Part shown: in pieces, positions 54,127-61,538 of the stretch | How positions within the stretch are numbered: the stretch's first letter is position 1 | How the letters are laid out: each line of letters begins with the position of its first letter | Source of the DNA: an uncultured Spirochaetota bacterium | GTDB lineage: Bacteria; Spirochaetota; Spirochaetia; SZUA-6; Fen-1364 | Length of the DNA: 64,000 nt | Direction of reading: 5' to 3' | Assembly (NCBI GenBank): GCA_963845535.1 | Contig: CAWJSK010000013.1 | Span: 192,001 to 256,000, forward strand | The notes under the pieces: model-generated | The model's database searches: none | Told to the model about the DNA's origin: nothing | The model's input: only the letters and a program-made list of their open reading frames with translations | Translations under genes and position numbers: made by a program

Positions 54127-54432
54127 ATGGAAAAAAACAAGCTTCTGGACAAAGACATCCTCCGCGTCGAGCTGCGCAGATCGCTTCCGGCAATCGCGCG
54201 CAAGCTGAAGGTCTGCGGGCACCCCATCCGTCTGAAGCTCCTGTGCGCCATTGAACGCAGTGAACCCTGCGTCTCGGACCTCTGGCACTGCGTGGAGGAA
54301 TCGCAACCCGTCGTCTCCCAGCACCTCGCCGTGCTGAAGCGGGAGCACATCGTCTCTTCCCGCGTGGAGGGCAACCGGCGCATCTATTCCGTCATTGATC
54401 CCTGGGTCCGGGACCTCATCTCGAGGTTGTAG
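54127..54432 (+). CDS. ArsR/SmtB family transcriptional regulator
   Basis: HPIRLKLL...SQPVVSQHLAVLK...REHIVSSRVEG winged HTH, with 4 Cys. Confidence 0.9.
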   Translation: MEKNKLLDKDILRVELRRSLPAIARKLKVCGHPIRLKLLCAIERSEPCVSDLWHCVEESQPVVSQHLAVLKREHIVSSRVEGNRRIYSVIDPWVRDLISRL

Positions 54433-54440
54433 AGAGCCGC

Positions 54441-54860
54441 ATGCACGAGTGGGCGCTCGCGGACGCAGTGGTGGAGGCCGCAGCGGCGGCCTTGGAGAAG
54501 AGGGACCCGTCCTGCCTCCGCGCGGTGACGGTCCTCATCGGACAGCTCCAGGCAATCGACAGGGAGATATTTTCATTTGCCTTGGAGACAATCGTTTCAG
54601 AAAAGCCGTTTCCGAGCGCTGTCTTTCACCTTGAAACCGAAATTGCATCGTTTCGCTGCGAATCATGCGGCACGGAGTGGGACCTCGGAGATGCCGCGGG
54701 ACTTACGGCAGAGCAGCGGGAAGCCATCCATTTCCTCCCCGAGTCCGCTCACGCCTTCATCCGTTGCCCCGCATGCGGTAGTCCGGACTACCGCGTTCAG
54801 AAGGGCAGGGGCGTGCGGATCAGCAGCCTGGAGGTGGATGACAGGGAAGGGTGCGTGTGA
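54441..54860 (+). CDS. hypA: Hydrogenase nickel chaperone HypA (Thermococcales-like long form)
   Basis: MHE N-terminus, CxxC...CPxC zinc site, and an EAIHFLPE insertion. Confidence 0.92.
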   Translation: MHEWALADAVVEAAAAALEKRDPSCLRAVTVLIGQLQAIDREIFSFALETIVSEKPFPSAVFHLETEIASFRCESCGTEWDLGDAAGLTAEQREAIHFLPESAHAFIRCPACGSPDYRVQKGRGVRISSLEVDDREGCV

Positions 54861-55606
54861 GTGATCCTCGGCCCGCCGTCGTTGCCAAGAGGCTTTCCAA
54901 CGTACGCCGCGTCATTGCTTTCAGCTCCGCCAAGGGCGGCGTGGGCAAGACTATGTGCACGGTCGTGTCTGCTCTTGCCCTTGCCCGCGGTGGACGCCGG
55001 GTCGGAATATTGGATCTCGACATGCAGGGGGCCTCCGCTCACCTCTTTCTCGGGCTGAAGCCGCGCCTCCCTCAGGAAGACCACGGCATCCTGCCGCTTG
55101 CTGTGGCAGAGGGCGTGTCGCTGATGAGCGTCGCGGTGTTCACCGGTGAGCGGGGTCTCCCTCTGCGGGGCTCGGAGGTCTCTGACGCCATCCTCGAGCT
55201 CCTGGCCGTCACGATGTGGGGCGACGCAGAGATCCTTCTTGTCGACATGCCGCCGGGGATGGGGGAGGAGATCCTGGACATCTCACGCATGGTGCCGCGC
55301 CTGGAGACGCTCGTGGTGTCGACGCCGGCAGCGGTTTCGGTGTCGGTCGTGGAGAGGTTGCTATCGGTGCTGAAGGAGCTTCGCGTCCCTGTGCCTGCCC
55401 TCATCGCGAACATGGTTCAGGAGGACGCCGGCCCGGTCAGGGAGCTGGCGCGGAGAACCGGGGTGGAACGCGTTGTCGAGGTGCCCGTTGATCAGGGGCT
55501 GGAAAAGGCTGTTGGGAACCCGGAGGCGCTCGCCTCTTCTCGCGCGGGGAGGGCTGTTGCGAAAGCCCTGGCAGAGCTCGGGTATCTAGAGGGGGCCGGA
55601 AAGTGA
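54857..55606 (+). CDS. Mrp/MinD-family P-loop ATPase, probable ATPase-type HypB
   Basis: KGGVGKT, DLDMQGAS, PLRGSEVSDAILEL and DMPPG motifs, without the C-terminal CxxC of Mrp/ApbC. GTGA overlap with hypA. Confidence 0.8.
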   Translation: MSDPRPAVVAKRLSNVRRVIAFSSAKGGVGKTMCTVVSALALARGGRRVGILDLDMQGASAHLFLGLKPRLPQEDHGILPLAVAEGVSLMSVAVFTGERGLPLRGSEVSDAILELLAVTMWGDAEILLVDMPPGMGEEILDISRMVPRLETLVVSTPAAVSVSVVERLLSVLKELRVPVPALIANMVQEDAGPVRELARRTGVERVVEVPVDQGLEKAVGNPEALASSRAGRAVAKALAELGYLEGAGK

Positions 55607-55908
55607 GCATCTTCGAGATCATAATGCTGGTGTGTTTCGGCGCGGCATGGCCGTTCTCGATCTACAAGTCGTGGAGGACGCGCCAGGTGGCAGGCAAGAG
55701 CCTTCCCTTCCTCCTGGTGATCGTGGTCGGGTACATCGCCGGGATCCTCCACAAGCTGATCTACCATTTCGACCTCGTGATCTATCTCTATGCGCTGAAC
55801 GCGCTCATGGTGAGCATCGATATCATCCTCTACCTGCGCAATCGGGTGTATCACACGCGGGAGAGCCTCGCGGCGGCCGTCCGGGAGGGGAAAGGGGACG
55901 CGAAGTGA
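55603..55908 (+). CDS. Small 3-TM membrane protein, PQ-loop/SemiSWEET-like
   Basis: FEIIMLVCFGAAWP...KS...GKS...GYIAGILHK pattern, with a GTGA overlap. Confidence 0.7.
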   Translation: MSIFEIIMLVCFGAAWPFSIYKSWRTRQVAGKSLPFLLVIVVGYIAGILHKLIYHFDLVIYLYALNALMVSIDIILYLRNRVYHTRESLAAAVREGKGDAK

Positions 55909-56396
55909 GGGTGCTGATAGCGTACAGAAGCCGTTACGGCGCAACCCAGTCGTGCGCCCAATTCCTTGCGGACAGGGTTTCCGCCGAAACAGTGCTCCAT
56001 GACCTGCGGTTGCCCGGCAGGCCGTCACCGGCGGACTTCGACGTGATCCTGGTGGGCGGTTCGATCTACGGGGGAAAGATCCAGCGGGAGATCGGATCCT
56101 TTTGCGACCAGGAACGCGAGCGGCTCCTGTCGAAAAAGGTCGGCCTGTTCATCTGCAGCTTCTACGACGGAGAGAGAGGGATGGCGGAGCTCCAGGGGTC
56201 ATTCCCCCCCTGGCTGTCCGCGCACGCGTTCGCCCGCGAGCTTTTTGGCGGAAAGCTTTCCGTGGGGAAGCTTTCCGTGCTGGACAGGTTCCTGGCAAAG
56301 GCCGTTGTCCATCCGCCGCATGACATCTTCGCCATCCGAACGGAGGCAATCGAGCGGATGGCAGAAGCGGTGAACGCGCTGAAGGCTTCAGCCTGA
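55905..56396 (+). CDS. Flavodoxin-domain protein (HemG-like)
   Basis: AYRSRYGAT FMN loop and GGSIYGG, with a GTGA overlap. Confidence 0.85.
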   Translation: MRVLIAYRSRYGATQSCAQFLADRVSAETVLHDLRLPGRPSPADFDVILVGGSIYGGKIQREIGSFCDQERERLLSKKVGLFICSFYDGERGMAELQGSFPPWLSAHAFARELFGGKLSVGKLSVLDRFLAKAVVHPPHDIFAIRTEAIERMAEAVNALKASA

Positions 56397-56479
56397 CAGA
56401 CGTCACGCTGAGAGACCTTGCGCCGACGGACCTTACGCTGAGGGTCTCCGCGCGGATTACCGCGCTGACGGATTACCGC
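56395..56479. repeat. Degenerate 15-bp tandem repeat plus a duplicated CGGATTACCGC
   Basis: Units GACAGACGTCACGCT / GAGAGACCTTGCGCC / GACGGACCTTACGCT / GAGGGTCTCCGCGCG. CGGATTACCGC at 56453-63 and 56469-79. Confidence 0.65.
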
Positions 56480-56490
56480 CTCCGCGCCGA

Positions 56491-57744
56491 CTACGGCGCC
56501 AGGACGAGGGCGCGCGCCACCAGGTGGGAGAGGAACTCCACCTTCATCCCGATGTTGTAGTGCTCGTTGAGGTCCGTGAGCTGGGTGTGGCAGTTCTCGC
56601 ACGCCGTGCAGATCACCTGCGCGCCGGATGCCTTCATCTGCTCCGCCTTGACCCGCCCTGAGGCCATGCGAAACTCTTTCTCCCCCATGGCAACGAGCCC
56701 GCCCCCGCCGCCGCAACACCAGTTGTTCTCCTTGTTGGGGGAGAGCTCGACGAAGTTGTCGGTCAGGTGGCTGATGACGTAGCGGGGCTCCTCGATGACC
56801 CCGCCGTTGCGCGCAATCTGGCACGGATCATGGTAGGTGAGCGTGCCGGAAAACCGCGAGGGGTCCAGGTGGATGCGGCCTTCCCGCACGTAGCGGGCAA
56901 TCAGCTCGACGAACGCGGACACCTTGAACGGATGGTAGCCGCTCATGTACTTCATCACACGAAAGGCCGTTCCGCACTCCACGATCACGACTTCCTTCGC
57001 CTGCAGCCGGATTGCCTCGTCATGAATCCGCCGGGCAATGAGCTGCATCTTCTTGGGGTCCCCCAGGAACGCGGCGAAGTTCACCGCTTCGAACCGGCTC
57101 AGCGTCCACTTCTCCCCGGCCGCGTTCATGATTGCCGCCGCGGGGACAATGGAGTGCTTGCCGGCAAGGGCCACGTACAGGACGTTGGCGCCCATGGCCC
57201 CGACAGTGATGGTTGGCCTGTCCGGGCTCGACGGCCAGATGGCCTCGATCTCCGGAGCGAGGTTCAGCACCGCCTGGTCGAAGCTTGCCTTCGTCTCTTC
57301 CGCCCCTTCCGCCTTTGCAATCGACATGTCCGAAAGCATGGTGAGGAGCTTGGGCTCCTTGTCCGCGCCGATCAGGAGGAGCTTGGCAATGGACATGATC
57401 ATCTGCGTGTCGATCCCGAACGGGCACCAGCTCATGCACCGCCGGCATCCCGTGCATGACCAGGCCGCGTCATACACGGATGCAAGGGTCTGGTCGTCCA
57501 TGGGGAGTACTTCCCCGAGCCACGGAGCGATCTTCCCCTGGAGCTTGAAGTAGCGCTTGAAGACCTTGCGGATCACCTCCGCCCGGCCTACCGCGGAGTA
57601 GCGCAGCTGGGGCATGGAGGCATAGACGTGGCAGGCTTCCACGCACACGCCGCAGCGCGCGCAGGTGTCCAGGTAAAGGCGCATGGCGCCGTTGAGCTTC
57701 GTCTCGAAAAGCTCTTTGAGCTTTGTGGATGTTGCCGCGTCCAT
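56491..57744 (-). CDS. DsrK/TmcB/HmcF-like (HdrD family) Fe-S oxidoreductase
   Basis: Two CxxCxxCxxxC motifs (CARCGVCVEAC and CTGCRRCMSWCP), ECG, YHDPC, CCGGGGG and CENC. Confidence 0.88.
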   Translation of the reverse strand: MDAATSTKLKELFETKLNGAMRLYLDTCARCGVCVEACHVYASMPQLRYSAVGRAEVIRKVFKRYFKLQGKIAPWLGEVLPMDDQTLASVYDAAWSCTGCRRCMSWCPFGIDTQMIMSIAKLLLIGADKEPKLLTMLSDMSIAKAEGAEETKASFDQAVLNLAPEIEAIWPSSPDRPTITVGAMGANVLYVALAGKHSIVPAAAIMNAAGEKWTLSRFEAVNFAAFLGDPKKMQLIARRIHDEAIRLQAKEVVIVECGTAFRVMKYMSGYHPFKVSAFVELIARYVREGRIHLDPSRFSGTLTYHDPCQIARNGGVIEEPRYVISHLTDNFVELSPNKENNWCCGGGGGLVAMGEKEFRMASGRVKAEQMKASGAQVICTACENCHTQLTDLNEHYNIGMKVEFLSHLVARALVLAP

Positions 57745-57747
57745 ATC

Positions 57748-58686
57748 CTATTTCCTCCGCAGCAGGTTGACCGGAATGGTGAAGAAGGTGTGCACGACCT
57801 TGGTGAAGGGCAGCACAATGAAGAACACGTTGGCCAGCAGCACGTGCAGCACGACGAAGTGGTAATGCGATCCGTGGAGAACGGCGCGAGGGTCCGCGAA
57901 CGTGAAACGGGCAAGCCCGTTGAAGTAGAGGGCGAAGTCCTTCTTGGTCATGACGAAACCGTGGGCGCCCCACGAGTTGGCCCAGCTCATCATGTCCCCG
58001 AGAAGGAAAAGGAAAAGAAGGAGGAGGAGAAGCAGATAGTCGCCGGGCGTGGAGATCTCCCGCACGGGGCTCCTGAATCTTCGCAGGATGAAGTACATGA
58101 CGGAGACGGTGAGAACCACCCCGACGCTGCCGGCTCCGATCATATGCTTCGACGCCGCCGGAAGCATCCGCAACGCCGGGATCATGTCCAGGTGCGCCAG
58201 GATGAGAAGCAGGAACGCGATGTGGAAAAGGATCAGGAAAATCCAGAAGAATGGTTTGTGCTGCCGGACCTGTCGCATCCCGAAAGCGTCACGGATAGCC
58301 GCAAAGACGCGCCATTTGGCCGCCGGGTACAGCGTGAGCGGGTAGGACTGCGCCGGCGAACGCAGAATGACGATGATCCTCCATACAACCCCCACGACGA
58401 GGGCCAGGATGGCGAGGTACACCATGGGGACCATGATGAAGTAGTACACGGCGGCAAGAGGGCCGCCGGCCGCCGCGGCATGGGATGCAGATGAGACGGC
58501 ATCCGCCGCGGCCGGCGACGCAGCCTGGGAGGCCGCGGAGACCGCCTGCGCGGCGGACTGGGCCGCGGCGTGCGTTGCTGATGAAGCCGCCTGCGAGGCC
58601 GCGGAGACCGCCTGTGCGGCGGTCTTGGCAGCGGCAACCGACGCCGCCTTCGAAGCGGCTGATACGGCGTCCGTGACGGACGGCAT
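57748..58686 (-). CDS. DsrM/NarI-like di-heme cytochrome b membrane subunit with an Ala/Ser-rich repeated N-terminal tail
   Basis: Heme His pairs FH-x9-H (FHIAFLLLILAH) and LH-x17-H (LHVLL...PFTKVVH), ST..D motif, about 5 TMs. Confidence 0.85.
   Translation of the reverse strand: MPSVTDAVSAASKAASVAAAKTAAQAVSAASQAASSATHAAAQSAAQAVSAASQAASPAAADAVSSASHAAAAGGPLAAVYYFIMVPMVYLAILALVVGVVWRIIVILRSPAQSYPLTLYPAAKWRVFAAIRDAFGMRQVRQHKPFFWIFLILFHIAFLLLILAHLDMIPALRMLPAASKHMIGAGSVGVVLTVSVMYFILRRFRSPVREISTPGDYLLLLLLLFLFLLGDMMSWANSWGAHGFVMTKKDFALYFNGLARFTFADPRAVLHGSHYHFVVLHVLLANVFFIVLPFTKVVHTFFTIPVNLLRRK
58483..58671 (-). repeat. Coding repeats, four copies of (D/Q)AVS(A/S)AS
   Basis: Residues 6-12, 25-31, 47-53 and 62-68. 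The two central copies are near-identical at DNA level and 66 bp apart. Confidence 0.85.
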
Positions 58687-58695
58687 GGAGGCCTC

Positions 58696-58934
58696 CTATT
58701 TCATCCTTTTCACGAAGATCTTGATGAGGCCGGGCTCCTGCTTTGTTTCCATGATGGCGTGCCCCATCGTTTTCGCCCACGCCGGGAAGTCCGCCAGGGA
58801 GCCGGGTCCGTCGTGTGGACTTCGATCACCTCTCCCACGGAGACGGTGCCGATCTGCTGGCTGATCTTGACCACGGGCATGGGGCAGGCAAGCCCTTTGT
58901 AGTCGAGTGTCTTTGCTATCGCATAATCTGCCAT
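58696..58934 (-). pseudogene. tusA: Sulfur carrier TusA with a 1-nt frameshift near 58803
   Basis: LDYKGLACPMP...TTDP lies in one frame. GSLADFPAWAKTMGHAIM...IKIFVKRMK* continues in the adjacent frame to TAG at 58696. Confidence 0.85.
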
Positions 58935-58955
58935 GGAACTCTCCTTCGATTCAGG

Positions 58956-59498
58956 TTAGATGAAAAACTGCAGGGAAGATTCTTTGGCGTGCGCAAGCAT
59001 GGTGGCCACGCCGCATACCTCGATATTGGGGTACTGGATCATCTCTTCCTTCTTGAAGCCCATGAGGTCCATCGACATCTCGCAGATGTAGATCTTCACG
59101 GCAAGCTCGCCCGCCACCTCGAAGAGCTGGTCCAGGCTGGCGACGTTCTTTTTTTTCATGAGCCCCTTCAGCATTGCCGTGCCCATGCCGGCCATGTGCA
59201 TCTGCGAGAGCTTCAGGGCGTTCCTGCCCTTCGGCAGCATGACGCCGAACATCTTCGAGATCATGTTCTTGCCGTTCACGCGCTTGGCGGGGTCCCGGAG
59301 GGCCGCCGTGCCCCAGAACGTGAAGAACAGCACCACCTCCATCCCCATGGCTGCCGCTCCCGTGGCAATGATCATTGCCGCGATCTGTCGGTCGAGGCTC
59401 CCGGAGAAGACCACCATGGTGAGCTTGTTCCCCGTGCCCGGAGTCGATTCGACCTTTGCCTTGAGCTCTGCGAGCTCCCTTTCGACGTTGACGCTCAT
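58956..59498 (-). CDS. DsrE2-like (DsrE/DsrF/DrsH family) sulfur-transfer protein
   Basis: VVFSGSLD, GAAAMG, LFFTFWG and CEMSMDLMG motifs. ATGA overlap with the upstream arsR. Confidence 0.9.
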   Translation of the reverse strand: MSVNVERELAELKAKVESTPGTGNKLTMVVFSGSLDRQIAAMIIATGAAAMGMEVVLFFTFWGTAALRDPAKRVNGKNMISKMFGVMLPKGRNALKLSQMHMAGMGTAMLKGLMKKKNVASLDQLFEVAGELAVKIYICEMSMDLMGFKKEEMIQYPNIEVCGVATMLAHAKESSLQFFI

Positions 59499-59812
59499 GT
59501 GAGCCCTCCTTGCATTCGATTCGAGGGACACCCCTCGAGGCATTTCACAAGCTGACGCAGCCGCGGCTCCCCCAGGCGGTAGCTTGCCCTGCCGCGCGCG
59601 CGGAAAGATTCCACTAATCCGCCCATCCTGAGGATCCGAAGCTGCTGCGAAAGGATGGCCTGCGCCACGCCGAGCCGCTCCGCCATGATGGTCACGGACA
59701 GGTCCTCCGCGCACAGCATCCCCACGATCCGTAAGCGGATGGGGTGCGCCAGCGCTTTGAGAGCGTCTGCCAGGTGAGCGGCTTTCACCCGGTCTGCCAC
59801 CAGGCTTGCCAT
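59495..59812 (-). CDS. ArsR family regulator (BigR/SqrR-like, possible persulfide sensor)
   Basis: LKALAHPIRLRIV, LSQQLRILR, a Cys near helix 2 and C-terminal CLEGC. GAGGAGG SD. Confidence 0.88.
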   Translation of the reverse strand: MASLVADRVKAAHLADALKALAHPIRLRIVGMLCAEDLSVTIMAERLGVAQAILSQQLRILRMGGLVESFRARGRASYRLGEPRLRQLVKCLEGCPSNRMQGGLT

Positions 59813-59848
59813 CCGAGACCTCCTCAGGCTTTTTATTGATCTTACGAC

Positions 59849-59880
59849 ATAGTTATATCACTATAATCAAAGATGTGCAA
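59849..59880 (-). promoter_or_regulatory. Sigma70 promoter with an overlapping palindrome (putative ArsR operator)
   Basis: TTGCAC (59880-75)-N17-TATAAC (59857-52), with ATAGT-N6-ACTAT at 59849-59864. Confidence 0.7.
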
Positions 59881-59992
59881 CATATTTCGATCTTTTTTTC
59901 ACGACTCGCAATTGCGCCTGGGATTGCAATTGCTGGTCGTAATTGTCCTTCGAGCCGCCGTGAAGTACCTTCGACTGAGCGGGAGGTCCATC

Positions 59993-60949
59993 ATGAAGAC
60001 AGTCGTCATAGGAGGTACGGGCCATATCGGCACCTTCCTCGTTCCCCGGCTCCTCCAGGCAGGTCATGAGGTCATCTGCCTCAGCAGAGGGCAGAGATCG
60101 CCGTACGAAGACCAGGGAATCTGGAAAGAAGCCCGACGTGAAAAAGTGGACCGGGCGGCGGAGGACAAGGCGGGGACCTTCGGAGCCCGCGTGGCCGCCC
60201 TGCGCGCAGACGTAGTGATAGACCTCATCTGCTACACGGAGGAAAGCGCGCGCCAGATCGTCCAGGGCATTGAAGGAAAAACGGGGCTTTACCTTTGCTG
60301 CGGCACCATCTGGGTCCACGGGCCGTCGGTCTCGGTGCCGACAACGGAATCGGAGCCGCGCAAGCCATTCGGGGAGTATGGGATCGGAAAGGCGGCCATG
60401 GAATCATGGCTCCTCTCCCACGCGCATGAGACCGGCTTCCCTGCCGCGGTGCTCCACCCTGGGCATATCGTTGGCCGGGGGTGGGTGCCGCTGAACCCCG
60501 CCGGCAACTTCAATCCCACGGTCTTCGAAACGCTTGCGCGCGGCGGCCGGCTTGCCCTGCCGAACCTGGGGCTTGAAACGGTCCATCACGTCCACGCTGA
60601 CGACGTAGCCCAGGCTTTCTGCAAGGCGATCGAGCGCAGGTCAACCGCCGTGGGGGAAAGCTTCCACGTCGTTTCACCCGCCGCCGTGAGCCTTCGGGGC
60701 TACGCGGAACGGGTGGCGCAGTGGTTCGGAGCCAAAGCCCAGCTCGATTTCCTCCCCTGGGAGCAGTGGCGCGTCACGGAGTCCCCCGAGGACGCTGCGG
60801 CCACCTGGGACCACATCGCGCACAGCCCGTGCTGCAGCATAGAGAAAGCGCGGAAGCTGCTGGGGTACCAGCCGCGCTACGAATCCCTCCCGGCGGTTTT
60901 CGAGTCCCTGGAGTGGCTCACGGAGCGCGGGAAGCTGAGGGTCAGTTGA
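59993..60949 (+). CDS. NAD-dependent epimerase/dehydratase family protein
   Basis: ATG at 59993 after GGAGG, GGTGHIG Rossmann motif and YxxxK (YGIGK). Confidence 0.9.
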   Translation: MKTVVIGGTGHIGTFLVPRLLQAGHEVICLSRGQRSPYEDQGIWKEARREKVDRAAEDKAGTFGARVAALRADVVIDLICYTEESARQIVQGIEGKTGLYLCCGTIWVHGPSVSVPTTESEPRKPFGEYGIGKAAMESWLLSHAHETGFPAAVLHPGHIVGRGWVPLNPAGNFNPTVFETLARGGRLALPNLGLETVHHVHADDVAQAFCKAIERRSTAVGESFHVVSPAAVSLRGYAERVAQWFGAKAQLDFLPWEQWRVTESPEDAAATWDHIAHSPCCSIEKARKLLGYQPRYESLPAVFESLEWLTERGKLRVS

Positions 60950-61457
60950 ACTTGAACAGGATGCCCGCGTTGGCGTGGATGACCTGAAGGTTCTGCCCGC
61001 CGTCGAACACGACGTTGTACTTGCCCTGGAAGAAAAGGTCCAGGTTGCTCACGAGCTGGAACGTGACGCCGGCCAGGGCTCCGATATGCGGATCCAGCAC
61101 GGCGGTGACCGCCGTCAGGCCCGGCACGACGCCGGCGTAGATGGCGAACCCGGACAGCGGGACAATGAACTTGAAGGCGAGGTCTATGTCCGTTGCATTC
61201 TGATCCTGCAGCTTGTACAGCTCGGCTGATGGCGTGATGTGGAACGTGTACAACAGCGGGATGTCCACGTAGAAGCCCCAGTTGAAGCTCAAGCTCCCGC
61301 TCGTGTTGGGGATGTTGGGCGTGCTGCCGGTGGCGTCGGCGAGACCCAGAGAGATCCCGAGGCCGACCGGGTTCTGTGATTGGGCGGCTATGGGCGCGCA
61401 TGCAAGGACTGCGAAAAGAAAAGCAACAAGACCAGCAAACAATGTGCGGGATTTCAT
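60942..61457 (-). CDS. Putative small outer-membrane beta-barrel protein
   Basis: Sec signal peptide, amphipathic beta strands and C-terminal AGILFKFN. GGGAGGGG SD. Confidence 0.68.
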   Translation of the reverse strand: MKSRTLFAGLVAFLFAVLACAPIAAQSQNPVGLGISLGLADATGSTPNIPNTSGSLSFNWGFYVDIPLLYTFHITPSAELYKLQDQNATDIDLAFKFIVPLSGFAIYAGVVPGLTAVTAVLDPHIGALAGVTFQLVSNLDLFFQGKYNVVFDGGQNLQVIHANAGILFKFN

Positions 61458-61476
61458 ATTCCCCTCCCTTGCTTCC

Positions 61477-61505
61477 ATTGTAACGCAGACAACGCCGCAA
61501 CGCAA
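61477..61505 (-). promoter_or_regulatory. Putative sigma70 promoter of the beta-barrel gene
   Basis: TTGCGT-N17-TACAAT. Confidence 0.55.
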
Positions 61506-61538
61506 ACGGCGTTGCAGCGCAATCCGCGTCCTGCCCGC

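Noticed and set aside
56395..56490. Possible mini CRISPR array
   Set aside because: The units are 15 bp, degenerate and unspaced, and there are no cas genes in the window.
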